64,000 nucleotides of DNA from Cyclobacteriaceae bacterium (GTDB taxonomy: Bacteria > Bacteroidota > Bacteroidia > Cytophagales > Cyclobacteriaceae), in assembly GCA_036563875.1 (NCBI GenBank), contig DATCLO010000207.1, positions 74,353-138,352 of the forward strand. The letters run 5' to 3'. The notes below the pieces were generated by a model, which saw only the letters and a program-made list of their open reading frames with translations, was not told where the DNA came from and ran no database searches. Below, piece by piece: positions 44,393 through 53,251 of this stretch; within the stretch, counting starts at the first letter, position 1, and each line of letters starts with the position of its first letter. The position numbers were made by a program, and so were the translations under genes.

Positions 44393-46441
44393 TCAATCCC
44401 GGAAGTATTTATCCTCTTCATCCTGGTAGACTTCACCCGCTTCTTCCTGGATCGTCCGCGGCAGCACACCTACCTCCAGAATCTTGAATTCGGTTCGCCG
44501 GTTCTTTGCACGTCCTGCTGGATTGTCGGTGCCGTCCGGATTGGTATTGCGGGCGATGGGTTGCGTTTCACCATAGCCTTTAGCCGTCAGCCGGTCTGGC
44601 GATATGCCCTTGTTGATAAGGTACCGGACAGTGGATTCTGCACGGCGGCGAGACAGGTCGATGTTGTAGTCAAACGAACCAACACTGTCGGTGTGGGAAC
44701 CCATTTCGATCTTGATCTCAGGGTTATCGATCAGCAGTTGGGCCAGCTTGTCAAGTTCCCTTGCAGCCTGCGGCTTGATGTCTGTGCTGTCAAATCCGAA
44801 GTAGATATTTTCGAGTACGAACTTCTCGTTGACTGCCTTGCGGTCGAGGATCATAATCGTATCCAGAGTGATGTTCGTCACCAGATCTTTTAATGTACTC
44901 GGATCAACACTCTTGCCCTTCATCGTCCACTCCTGTCGCTTGGTGAGGTATCCTTCGTTTTCAGCGACGAGGTTGTAATCTTCGTTTTCGTATACGCGGA
45001 AAAGGAATTTACCGTCATTGCCGGTGATATAATCCTGCATCGGTTCACCCCGGGAATCGAGAAGCGTTACGCGGGTGTTTGGCAGGATCTGAAGGTTTTC
45101 GTCCTTGTCTTTAAAATACGTAACGCCCTGCAGCGCGTAGTTGATCACCTTCAGATTGGGATCTTCATTCACGAACGTGTATATGTCGTCATCACCCTTG
45201 CCGCCTTCGCGATTAGAGGTGAAGAAACCACGATCGGCGCGGAACAGGAAGATGCCAAAGTCATCGCCCGTGCTGTTCATCGGCTGGCCGAGGTTTTCAA
45301 TGACATTCTTGCCGTCGCGTCGGTTAACAACAAACAAGTCGAGACCACCGTATCCCGGGTGTCCATCGGAAGAAAAGTAGAGACGTCCATCTTCGGATAC
45401 GTACGGAAACATTTCGTTGCCCGGAGTGTTGATCTCGGGACCCAGGTTGCGGATGCGCGTGAACCTTCCACGCGAATCCATTTGAGCAGAGTACAGGTCT
45501 GTTCCTCCCTGAGCATTTTTGTCCTGACGATTGCTTGCGAAGTATAAAGTCCGACCGTCGGGACTGAAGGCCGGCGTGGAATCCCACCCGAAGTTGCGCT
45601 CAAGCTCGGTAGCGTTTTCTCCGCGATACTGCACGTTCACTGGCGCGTTGATCTTCTGCGGTTCAGACCACTCGCCATTGCGCCAGCGGACAAGATACAG
45701 GTCGACGTCTTCGCCGCCGTTTTTCTTGTTGGTGTTACCCTTTGCGAACACCATGATGCGACCGTCTGGCGTGAAGGTTACACAACCCTCATTGCGAATT
45801 GGATCATTGATAGGTGAGGGAAGTGCCTGCACCGTTGCTACATCCACATTGGCACCGCGGGTTGCGACCTTGTAAAGGTCAGAGTATGGAGTGCCTGTGG
45901 CTTCGTAAATTTTTCCGTTGCCCCGGTTGCTTGAAAAGTACAGTTCATTGTTGAGGTACACCGGTGCATACTCAGCTGCAGGTGTATTGATCAACTCCAG
46001 ATTCTTCACACGGTAGTAATTGGCACTGCCGTTGAGTTTCTCCAGGTAGGTCAATCCTTCGAGCTCAGCGCTTGCCCGTTCTTTTAGTGCCTGGGCGGTA
46101 GTGTTCTTTATCAGCTCATCAAGTTCACGACGTGCCTCCTGGTATTTGCCATTGGACTTGAGCGACTGAGCATAGTAAAATCTTACAGTGTCTCGATTGA
46201 TGCCCCGCCCGCCGGCATTAGTGTAATAGCGTTCGGCGTCCTTAATCCGGTTTGACAATCGGTAGGACTCGGCGACCATATAATTATAGTAGCCGTTCTG
46301 GGGGTTGTCGGCGAGCAGCTTGGTATACAGGTCAATGGCAGTCTGGTATTTGCCCAGCTGAAACGCCTTAGTAGCCTTTTTCTCCGTTCCGCACGCCATG
46401 ACCAGCAGTGCAATAACGGGAAGGAGCGTAATGAGCCTCAT
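44393..46441 (-). CDS. OmpA-family protein with TPR, TolB-like beta-propeller (PD40) repeats and C-terminal OmpA domain
   Basis: The internal ATG at 46441 gives lipoprotein-like MRLITLLPVIALLVMACG, supported by a promoter box at 46462. Has repeated S(N/D)R.G..DIY/DLY segments. The C-terminus is FDSTDIKPQAAREL...GSHTDSVGS..YN..LS.RRA. Confidence 0.85.
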   Translation of the reverse strand: MRLITLLPVIALLVMACGTEKKATKAFQLGKYQTAIDLYTKLLADNPQNGYYNYMVAESYRLSNRIKDAERYYTNAGGRGINRDTVRFYYAQSLKSNGKYQEARRELDELIKNTTAQALKERASAELEGLTYLEKLNGSANYYRVKNLELINTPAAEYAPVYLNNELYFSSNRGNGKIYEATGTPYSDLYKVATRGANVDVATVQALPSPINDPIRNEGCVTFTPDGRIMVFAKGNTNKKNGGEDVDLYLVRWRNGEWSEPQKINAPVNVQYRGENATELERNFGWDSTPAFSPDGRTLYFASNRQDKNAQGGTDLYSAQMDSRGRFTRIRNLGPEINTPGNEMFPYVSEDGRLYFSSDGHPGYGGLDLFVVNRRDGKNVIENLGQPMNSTGDDFGIFLFRADRGFFTSNREGGKGDDDIYTFVNEDPNLKVINYALQGVTYFKDKDENLQILPNTRVTLLDSRGEPMQDYITGNDGKFLFRVYENEDYNLVAENEGYLTKRQEWTMKGKSVDPSTLKDLVTNITLDTIMILDRKAVNEKFVLENIYFGFDSTDIKPQAARELDKLAQLLIDNPEIKIEMGSHTDSVGSFDYNIDLSRRRAESTVRYLINKGISPDRLTAKGYGETQPIARNTNPDGTDNPAGRAKNRRTEFKILEVGVLPRTIQEEAGEVYQDEEDKYFRD

Positions 46442-46461
46442 ATGCCGCAATGCCTTTTTAT

Positions 46462-46469
46462 CAAATCTA
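46462..46469 (-). promoter_or_regulatory. -7 promoter box (TAGATTTG) for the OmpA-family gene
   Basis: Plus-strand caaatcta is TAGATTTG on the minus strand, 20 nt upstream of the ATG at 46441. It lies inside the longer track ORF, which argues against that longer start. Confidence 0.5.
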
Positions 46470-46476
46470 ACAAAAT

Positions 46477-46989
46477 TTATCGGGCTACAGAGTCCGTCGG
46501 CCTGGGGTCCAGATAACGCTTTAGCCAGGTCGTTCCGGCGGGTACCTTCCACGACGACCGGAACTCGCCGACGGTCTTAGCCAAAGTATTGAACGTCAGG
46601 CTCTGGCTGTCCCATACGCCGTCACGATATTTTTGTTTGAGTTCTTCGAGTCTGATGACATTGATGCGACCGCTTGATTCAAATGGCACGCCCGTCCGGT
46701 CGAGAAAATCGAGACCTGTGGCCTCCTGGATTTGGCGCAGCGCCCCGACAGACGAATCGATAGAGCATCCGCTTGGGCTGTGATGTGATTCATCCACAGC
46801 CAGGATCAGAAAACGGTCTTCCGCAAGGGTATATGATGCACGCAGTGGCACTCCATGGGCTGCCCATTCGGACGTAAACGCTCTTAATATTGAGTGCAGC
46901 ACACTGTGATCCTCGGCGGAAAACTGCCGGTTCGCCATATAAATCCACACCCGGGCGTGATCGGGCAATTGATCGAATTCGATAAACAT
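46477..46989 (-). CDS. conserved hypothetical protein
   Basis: The internal ATG at 46989 (MFIEFDQLPDHARVWIYMANRQF...) gives 170 aa. It lies 17 nt downstream of the Fe-S gene pair. No motif recognised. Confidence 0.5.
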   Translation of the reverse strand: MFIEFDQLPDHARVWIYMANRQFSAEDHSVLHSILRAFTSEWAAHGVPLRASYTLAEDRFLILAVDESHHSPSGCSIDSSVGALRQIQEATGLDFLDRTGVPFESSGRINVIRLEELKQKYRDGVWDSQSLTFNTLAKTVGEFRSSWKVPAGTTWLKRYLDPRPTDSVAR

Positions 46990-47006
46990 GAGTGCAACTT
47001 CTAAGT

Positions 47007-47804
47007 TTACAAACCCTGCCGTTCGGCAATAAGTTCTGCGATATCCTTCACCGATACCTGGGACTCTTTCTCCCGGGCCTTCACCCCATCGCGCATCATG
47101 GTCATACAAAACGGACACGCAACGGCAATGGTATCAGCTCCGGTGTTGAGCGCTTCATCCGTGCGCTCTACATTAATGTCCTTTTTTCCGGGCTCGGGCT
47201 CCTTGAACATTTGTGCGCCGCCCGCACCACAACACAATCCTCTCGCACGGCTCCGCTTCATTTCCACCAGATCAGCATCGAGTGCAGCAAGAACTCCGCG
47301 CGGCGCTTCGTACACCTGGTTCACCCTGCCCAGGTAACATGAATCGTGATAGGTGATCCTCTTCCCCTTAAACGTCCCCCCTTCCTTCAACACAATACGT
47401 CCCTCATCAATGAGTCGTTGCAAAAATGTGGAATGATGCTCTACAGTATAGTTGCCACCGAGTTGAGGGTACTCGTTCTTAATTGTGTTGAAGCAATGAG
47501 GACAAGTAGTTACGATCCTGCGAATGTTGTAACCGTTCAGGATCTGAATGTTGTTGATCGCCTGGACCTGAAAGAGAAATTCATTGCCCGCACGCCGTGC
47601 CGGATCACCTGTGCAGGCTTCCTCAGTACCGAGCACAGCAAAGTCAATCTTTAACGACTGCAGGATCCTGACAAACGCGCGCGTCACGCGCTTGCTGCGG
47701 TCGTCAAACGAGCCAGCGCATCCAACCCAAAACAAAACCTCGGGCGACTTTCCCTGCGCGGCAAGTTCCGCCATTGTCGGTATCTTCTGTTCCTCTTGTT
47801 CCAC
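47007..47804 (-). CDS. (Fe-S)-binding protein with two CCG cysteine-rich domains (HdrD/GlpC/LutA-like)
   Basis: 265 aa. Motifs WVGCAGSF, TCPHCFNT, YHDSCYLGR, CCGAGG and ACPFCMTM. Confidence 0.85.
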   Translation of the reverse strand: MEQEEQKIPTMAELAAQGKSPEVLFWVGCAGSFDDRSKRVTRAFVRILQSLKIDFAVLGTEEACTGDPARRAGNEFLFQVQAINNIQILNGYNIRRIVTTCPHCFNTIKNEYPQLGGNYTVEHHSTFLQRLIDEGRIVLKEGGTFKGKRITYHDSCYLGRVNQVYEAPRGVLAALDADLVEMKRSRARGLCCGAGGAQMFKEPEPGKKDINVERTDEALNTGADTIAVACPFCMTMMRDGVKAREKESQVSVKDIAELIAERQGL

Positions 47805-47808
47805 TGCG

Positions 47809-49134
47809 TTATTTCATTGCGTTCTGTTGTCCTTCGCTCGCCCAGTTGAATCGATCTGAAGGCGGAAATTTCCAGGGAGCAAAATTATTCTCAATATTTT
47901 GAAACATCGCGTTCCACGCTGCAGGCGCACCGGACTCCTCCATTGCCACGTAGCGTCGGATATCGAGAATGATCTCCAGCGGATTGATCATTACAGGGCA
48001 CGCCTCCACACACGCCTGACATGCGGTACATGCATTAATCTCTTCGCGTGTGATGTAGTCGCCAAAGAGTGATTTGCCATCGTCGAGACCAGGACCACCT
48101 TTTGCAAGACTTCTTGCTACATCTTCCATCCGATCGCGGGTGTCCATCATGATCTTGCGGGGCGACAACGCCTTTCCTGTAATGTTCGCCGGACATTCAT
48201 CCGTGCAGCGTCCACACTCTGTACAGGCGTATGCGCTCAACAGACTAATTCGTGAAAGGTCGTTCACATCTTTCGCTCCGAAACGACCGGGCGCTCCCGT
48301 CTGTGGCGCATCGCCAAGGCCAAGCATAGCGCGAACCTCGTTTGTAACGACCTCCATATTTTTCATTTGTCCGCGCGGCTTGAGCGGCGCAAAGTACGTG
48401 TTCGGAAAAGCGAGAACGATGTGAAGGTGTTTTGAGTACGTGATGTAAATCGCGAAGCCGAGTATCCCGATGATGTGAAACCACCACGCAACGCGTTCCA
48501 CTACAACGAGCGACGCTGCAGACATATCGGCAAACAGTGGCATCAGCATGCTGCTGAAAAACAACGTGCCTGAGTCGGGATACGCTTCGGGCATGCGAGC
48601 TTGCAGCCATTGATCCGCCGCGTTCATCGTCAGGATCGCGATCATCAGGAGAATTTCTGCCGTGAGGATAAGGTTCGCATCAAGGCGGGGCCATGACGTC
48701 ATCTCTCTTGACCAGAACCGTCGAATCTTTGCCACATTGCGGCGGAGCAAAAATATTGCACAGGATACGAGGACCGCTACGGCGAGGAATTCAAAGATGT
48801 TCATCAGCACAGGATACAAGCCGCCGACGTAGGGGGCGAATATCCGGTGCGTGCCTGCAATACCATCAACAACAAATTCCAGGATCTCGATGTTGATGAC
48901 GAGAAAGCCCACGTAAACAAAAAAGTGGAGAATTGCCGGCCACGGTCTCTTGAACATTTTCTTCTGTCCAAAGGCGACAAGCAGCATGTTGCGCAAGCGT
49001 TCGCCTGGACGATCGCTCTGCAACTCACCCTGTCCCATCCGGATGTTCCGTGCAATGCCACGCGCCCGTCTCCAGACAATGTAAATCGTTGCAGCAAGGA
49101 CAATCACAAACAGAATTTGCTGGACCGCGGCCAT
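47809..49134 (-). CDS. membrane-anchored 4Fe-4S dicluster protein (DsrM/HdrE-like TM domain fused to ferredoxin domain)
   Basis: 441 aa. The N-terminal roughly 250 aa have about 5-6 TM helices with conserved His. The C-terminus has CTECGRCTDECP and CTACQACVEACP. Confidence 0.8.
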   Translation of the reverse strand: MAAVQQILFVIVLAATIYIVWRRARGIARNIRMGQGELQSDRPGERLRNMLLVAFGQKKMFKRPWPAILHFFVYVGFLVINIEILEFVVDGIAGTHRIFAPYVGGLYPVLMNIFEFLAVAVLVSCAIFLLRRNVAKIRRFWSREMTSWPRLDANLILTAEILLMIAILTMNAADQWLQARMPEAYPDSGTLFFSSMLMPLFADMSAASLVVVERVAWWFHIIGILGFAIYITYSKHLHIVLAFPNTYFAPLKPRGQMKNMEVVTNEVRAMLGLGDAPQTGAPGRFGAKDVNDLSRISLLSAYACTECGRCTDECPANITGKALSPRKIMMDTRDRMEDVARSLAKGGPGLDDGKSLFGDYITREEINACTACQACVEACPVMINPLEIILDIRRYVAMEESGAPAAWNAMFQNIENNFAPWKFPPSDRFNWASEGQQNAMK

Positions 49135-49213
49135 TGGGCTAACAAGTTAAATTTTGCACGAAATATAAAATTATATACTTTTGGCCCCTATTCGCCCCGG
49201 CTGGCGCCGTATT

Positions 49214-49286
49214 GGTGATGTAGCTCAGTTGGTAGAGCAAAGGACTGAAAATCCTTGTGTCGGCGGTTCGATTCCGTCCATCACCA
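49214..49286 (+). tRNA. tRNA-Phe (anticodon GAA)
   Basis: GGTGATG acceptor, TAGCTCAGTTGGTAGAGC D-arm, anticodon arm AAGGA-CTGAAAA-TCCTT, T-arm GGCGG-TTCGATT-CCGTC, 3' acceptor CATCACC plus discriminator A. The CCA is not encoded. Confidence 0.95.
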
Positions 49287-49436
49287 CAACTCCTGATTTC
49301 GCGGTTTCTCAAACCGCCGTATTCCGCCTTTCGGTATTTTTTTGCTAGCAAGTTCCCTCCGAAAGTTCAATTTTACCTTATTTAGCTAAAACTATCATTT
49401 TCTTTGTATCAGTTTTTTCGGCTTTAGTCGTCCTTG

Positions 49437-50828
49437 ATGTACTTCAGAGAGTTATTCGGACTCGCCGCCGATCCATCTGCCACATACGTAGCCCAGGCAA
49501 TGCTCGGGCTCGCGATGTTTTTCATATTCCGACATTTCAGTCTTGTTTACGAACGCCGTTTCCTTCGTACCTGGTCACGCAGTTGGCTTGCCTTCTCAAT
49601 ATTCATGATCGCCTCGGTCATCCTCATGACCAACCTTGAGGATGAAAACTATCCATCCGTGGGGTGGCTTCCTTTTAGCATTGTTGCTCAGGTAGGCTCG
49701 TTCCTTCACATCGGTTACATTCTCATCGGTTCATATCAGCTCGTTCGTTCCAGGCCCGTCAGAAGAAGAGTCTACCAATTAATTATTATAGGTGTCGTTC
49801 TTCTTGCGATTGTCACGGTGATTGCTTTCTCGCAGGATCCGGAGGCCGGCTACCAGCGGCATGTCTTACGTGTCGGATCAAGGTCTTTGATTTCCGGTGT
49901 TGGGTTTCTGTTGGCTGCCTTTGTTGTGTGGAGAAATCCAAAGTTTACCCGCGGCGTCGGCCAGAAGTTGCTTGCGATTTCTTTCGTTGCATATAGCGGC
50001 TATCAGTTCTTCCACATCTCCATGATGATTTTTGACACGGCCGGCGAACAGGCGCTGTTGCCGGGGTCGCGTGGTCTCATCAACCTGCTGATGATTGCCA
50101 TTATGAGCATGGGCATGGTAATGTGGCTCCTTGAAGACGAACGCGAAAAGCTGAGACAAGTAAACAAGGATCTTGACAGTTTCCTCTACAGTACATCACA
50201 CGATCTTCGCGCACCCATCACTTCCATTCTCGGTCTCACGTATCTGGGCAAAGTAGAACTCAATGAGGAGAAGGCGCGGAACTATATGGAACTGATCGAA
50301 CAGCGCGCGCAAAAGCTGAACATGATACTAACGGATGTACTCCGCCTTTCGAAAACGAAGAAGCTGGGAATCAAGATGCAGACCATCCGGTTCAGCGACC
50401 TCGTGAACGAGGTTATATCCGACATAGAGTTTTCTAAAAACACGTCTCGCATCCGACTCGAGTACGATAAGAACGCTGACAATCGCTTTTACTCGGACCC
50501 AAACCAGATTTCGATAATTCTATCGAACCTTATCACCAATGCGGTGAAGTATCACCGACTCAACCAGGATGACCCATATATCCGAATCACATTCAAGAGG
50601 ATCAGTGACACGGTCATCTTTAGCGTGGAAGATAACGGACAGGGTATCCCGGCGCACAGTCTTGGCAAAGTCTTTGACATGTTCTTCCGCGCTTCGCAGG
50701 AAACAGAGGGTACAGGACTTGGGCTGTACATTGTAAAGGAAGCGCTTGCAAAGGTTAAGGGGAAAATTGAAGTAGAGTCAGAGTACGGGAAGGGCACCAC
50801 GTTTACCGTGACGCTGGAAAATGCGTGA
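49437..50828 (+). CDS. sensor histidine kinase with N-terminal 7-TM sensor region (orphan)
   Basis: About seven hydrophobic helices. H-box STSHDLRAPITSI, N/G boxes NLITNAVKY, DNGQGI and GTGLGL. No adjacent response regulator. ATG at 49437, although the track's TTG at 49434 is also possible. Confidence 0.85.
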   Translation: MYFRELFGLAADPSATYVAQAMLGLAMFFIFRHFSLVYERRFLRTWSRSWLAFSIFMIASVILMTNLEDENYPSVGWLPFSIVAQVGSFLHIGYILIGSYQLVRSRPVRRRVYQLIIIGVVLLAIVTVIAFSQDPEAGYQRHVLRVGSRSLISGVGFLLAAFVVWRNPKFTRGVGQKLLAISFVAYSGYQFFHISMMIFDTAGEQALLPGSRGLINLLMIAIMSMGMVMWLLEDEREKLRQVNKDLDSFLYSTSHDLRAPITSILGLTYLGKVELNEEKARNYMELIEQRAQKLNMILTDVLRLSKTKKLGIKMQTIRFSDLVNEVISDIEFSKNTSRIRLEYDKNADNRFYSDPNQISIILSNLITNAVKYHRLNQDDPYIRITFKRISDTVIFSVEDNGQGIPAHSLGKVFDMFFRASQETEGTGLGLYIVKEALAKVKGKIEVESEYGKGTTFTVTLENA

Positions 50829-51713
50829 TTAACGATAGTGTTTCAACCGGATGACTTCCTGCTGTGTGAGATATCGCCATTTGCCTCGCGGAAGGTCGCG
50901 CTTGTCCAGACCAGCATACATTGTCCTGTCAAGTTTGCGCACTTCATAACCTAACGCTTCGAAGATGCGCCGCACGACCCGGTTCCAGCCGATGTGCAGT
51001 TCGATACCGATCGTCTTTCGATCTTCTGAAACAATGGCCGCGTCATCAGGAACTGCTTTTCCCTCTTCCAGCGGTACACCTCGAATCAGTTTATCGAAGT
51101 CTTCAGGGGCGATAGGCCGATCGAGTTCTACTTTATAAATCTTCTTGACGTTGTAAGATGGATGCGACAACTTTTCTGCAAGTTCTCCGTCGTTGGTTAA
51201 CAGCAGCAGTCCCGTGGTGTTACGGTCGAGACGCCCGACGGGATAAATTCTTTCCCGGACTTTGTTTCCGATTAGCGCCATCACCGTGTCGCGTTCCTTT
51301 GGATCACGGGTCGTTGTAAGGTAGCCCTTCGGCTTATTCATCAGAATGTATACGGGCTTTTCCGCGGTGAGCAGTTTGCCTTCGTAGCGAACTTTGTCGC
51401 CGGGATTTACTTTGTAGCCCAGTTCGGTAACGACCTTACCATTGACAGTGATCAGCCCCATGCTGATCAGGTTGTCGGCCTCCCGTCGTGAGCACACACC
51501 ACTGTTGGCAATGTAGCGGTTAAGTCGAACGGGGCCTTCCTGCGCAAGGGTTTCAGCAATTTTAGTTTCTTTTCCCCCGGGCTTTTGGAGACTCTTTTTA
51601 TGACGAGGTACGAATTCCTTTTTATCAACGCCTTCATCAGGCGCGCCTGAAATTTTTCTGGACGTTTTACCTCTGCCGGGACCGGCGGAGCGTTTACCCT
51701 TGCGTATCGGCAT
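50829..51713 (-). CDS. rluB: pseudouridine synthase, RsuA/RluB family, with basic N-terminal extension
   Basis: 294 aa. S4 domain RLNRYIANSGVCSRREAD and catalytic GRLDRNTTGLLLLT. Confidence 0.8.
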   Translation of the reverse strand: MPIRKGKRSAGPGRGKTSRKISGAPDEGVDKKEFVPRHKKSLQKPGGKETKIAETLAQEGPVRLNRYIANSGVCSRREADNLISMGLITVNGKVVTELGYKVNPGDKVRYEGKLLTAEKPVYILMNKPKGYLTTTRDPKERDTVMALIGNKVRERIYPVGRLDRNTTGLLLLTNDGELAEKLSHPSYNVKKIYKVELDRPIAPEDFDKLIRGVPLEEGKAVPDDAAIVSEDRKTIGIELHIGWNRVVRRIFEALGYEVRKLDRTMYAGLDKRDLPRGKWRYLTQQEVIRLKHYR

Positions 51714-52278
51714 CCTTAAGATCCATGTTCTCGCCGATGGTATTCACTTCATGTGCGAAGTCCTTCGGAGTCGGTAGTTCACTGAGGTCATTGATTCCGA
51801 AGTACTCCATGAATTTTTGAGATGTTCCGTAGAGCATGGGTCGACCGATGGTTTCGGCCTTTCCCTTAATTTCGATCAAACCCTTATCAAGCAACTTCTG
51901 CACGGCGTAATCGCAGTTCACACCGCGAATGCTTTCTATTTCTGTTTTTGAAATAGGTTGTTTGTAAGCAATGATTGATAGCGTTTCCATTGCTGACGTC
52001 GACAGTCGTTTTTTCGACTGCTGTTTCAGCATGATTCCGATGCTCGCCTGATACGCCGGCTTCGTAAGGAACTGGTAGCCTCCGGAAGACTTGTAGAGCT
52101 GGAACGAAAACTCTTCCTGCGCGTACTTTTCCTCCAGACGTTGAATTGCTCCGGTAACGTCTTCTTCAGGCACTTCAGCGCCAAACATTTCGGACAAGCA
52201 CGCTACAATTTCGCTGACGCGAATGGGCGCCGGCGAACAAAAGATGAGCGCCTCGATATGGTTTTGAAGGAAATCCAA
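51694..52278 (-). CDS. scpB: SMC-Scp complex subunit ScpB
   Basis: 194 aa. IEALIF, SGGYQFLTKP, ETLSIIAYKQPISKTEIE.IRGV and GRPMLYGT. Confidence 0.9.
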   Translation of the reverse strand: MDFLQNHIEALIFCSPAPIRVSEIVACLSEMFGAEVPEEDVTGAIQRLEEKYAQEEFSFQLYKSSGGYQFLTKPAYQASIGIMLKQQSKKRLSTSAMETLSIIAYKQPISKTEIESIRGVNCDYAVQKLLDKGLIEIKGKAETIGRPMLYGTSQKFMEYFGINDLSELPTPKDFAHEVNTIGENMDLKDADTQG

Positions 52279-52282
52279 AGCG

Positions 52283-53128
52283 CTAGTCCTGCTTCATCAT
52301 CTTGGCTTCGATGGACTGCGTCGTATGCGGCACGGCAATGAGGCGTTCCTTTGAAATCAGTTTGCCCGTCACGGAGCAGATGCCATAAGTACCATTCTTG
52401 ATGCGGATCAACGCGTTCTCAAGGTTGGTGATGTACTTCTGCTGACGTGCTGCAAGCTGACTGAGGTTTTCCTTCTCTGCCGTTTCAGCGCCGTCCTCGA
52501 GTACTTTGGTATTTCCTCCCGAAGTAGCATCCGTGCCTTCGTCGTTGGTACGGTTTAGTGTATCCTTGAGGATCTTGTACTCCTCGCGGGCTTTCTCAAG
52601 TTTTTCAAGAATGAGTTTTTCAAACTCGCGCAACTCCTCTTCAGAGTAGCGGGTCCGCGTTTCGTCCGTAGTCGTTCGCGCAGGTTTGTGCGCAATGGGG
52701 CGCTGGTTGGGAATCTGAAACGTATGCATCTGTGCAATAGGAGGCAATGGCTTCGACTCCGTAGCAGGCTTTGCTACAGGCTGTTCCTTTTGCGGTGCCT
52801 CAATCCGCACCTTTTCAGGTTGTGCAGTCTTTGGTTCGGATTTCACCTGAGGATTCGCTTTGGATTTTGATACGGGTGCCCCAGCTGCCTTCGGAGCTTC
52901 TACACTTTTCTTCTTAACCACCTTCACACTTTTCTTTTGGTTTATCACTGCTTTCTTCACCGGCTTCTTTGCGGCTGCCTTCCTGGCCGTGGGCGTACGC
53001 GTGCTGGCCTTCTTTGCCGCCTTGGCAGCCTTTACCTTCTTTGCAGCTTTAGCCGCAGGCTTTGCCTTCGGCTTAGCCGCCGTTTTTTTCTTAGCTACCT
53101 TAGCGGGAGTTTTCTTCTTTTTGGCCAT
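52283..53128 (-). CDS. DksA/TraR-family regulator fused to a histone-H1-like Lys/Ala/Pro-rich N-terminal tail
   Basis: 281 aa. The N-terminal roughly 140 aa read MAKKKKTPAKVAKKKTAAKPKAKPAAKAAKKVKAAKAAKK... The C-terminus has a coiled coil plus YGICSVTGKLISKERLIAVPHTTQS, a DksA-type finger region with a single Cys. Confidence 0.75.
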   Translation of the reverse strand: MAKKKKTPAKVAKKKTAAKPKAKPAAKAAKKVKAAKAAKKASTRTPTARKAAAKKPVKKAVINQKKSVKVVKKKSVEAPKAAGAPVSKSKANPQVKSEPKTAQPEKVRIEAPQKEQPVAKPATESKPLPPIAQMHTFQIPNQRPIAHKPARTTTDETRTRYSEEELREFEKLILEKLEKAREEYKILKDTLNRTNDEGTDATSGGNTKVLEDGAETAEKENLSQLAARQQKYITNLENALIRIKNGTYGICSVTGKLISKERLIAVPHTTQSIEAKMMKQD

Positions 53129-53159
53129 GTCCCGTATTTCTCGTTTGGTAAAAGATGCG

Positions 53160-53167
53160 CAAAATTA
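53160..53167 (-). promoter_or_regulatory. -7 promoter box (TAATTTTG) for the H1-like/DksA gene
   Basis: Plus-strand caaaatta is TAATTTTG on the minus strand, 31 nt upstream of the ATG at 53128. Confidence 0.5.
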
Positions 53168-53180
53168 CGCCGTGGTGACT

Positions 53181-53215
53181 AAAACAAAAAATATTGCTTC
53201 CAATATTCCTGGAAG
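53181..53215 (-). terminator. rho-independent terminator after the lamin-tail-domain gene
   Basis: On the minus strand: CTTCCA-GGAATAT-TGGAAG followed by CAATATTTTTTGTTTT. An alternative overlapping hairpin is AATATTG/CAATATT. Confidence 0.6.
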
Positions 53216-53251
53216 CCCGGTTTCCTGCCTATATGGCCAATAAACCTGTGT

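Noticed and set aside
44393-46552. N-terminally extended versions of several ORFs in the track. These are 44393..46552, 53252..55048, 41300..42163, 46477..47118, 18877..19383, 22306..22803, 29013..29861, 6211..6816, 6614..7879, 5735..6241 and 55961..57265.
   Set aside because: The extensions overlap upstream genes, terminators or TAnnTTTG boxes and lack signal peptide or family N-termini. Internal starts give canonical N-termini or signal peptides.
49287-49433. Integration site or genomic island downstream of tRNA-Phe.
   Set aside because: There is no integrase, no repeat of the tRNA 3' end that I can see, and the following gene is an ordinary sensor kinase.
52860-53243. Plus-strand Phe/Ala/Leu-rich ORFs (52860..53243 and 52937..53182) that look like membrane proteins.
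   Set aside because: They are the antisense shadow of the Lys/Ala-rich H1-like tail (AAG/GCN repeats read backwards give CTT/NGC). They also cross the promoter region of the real gene.
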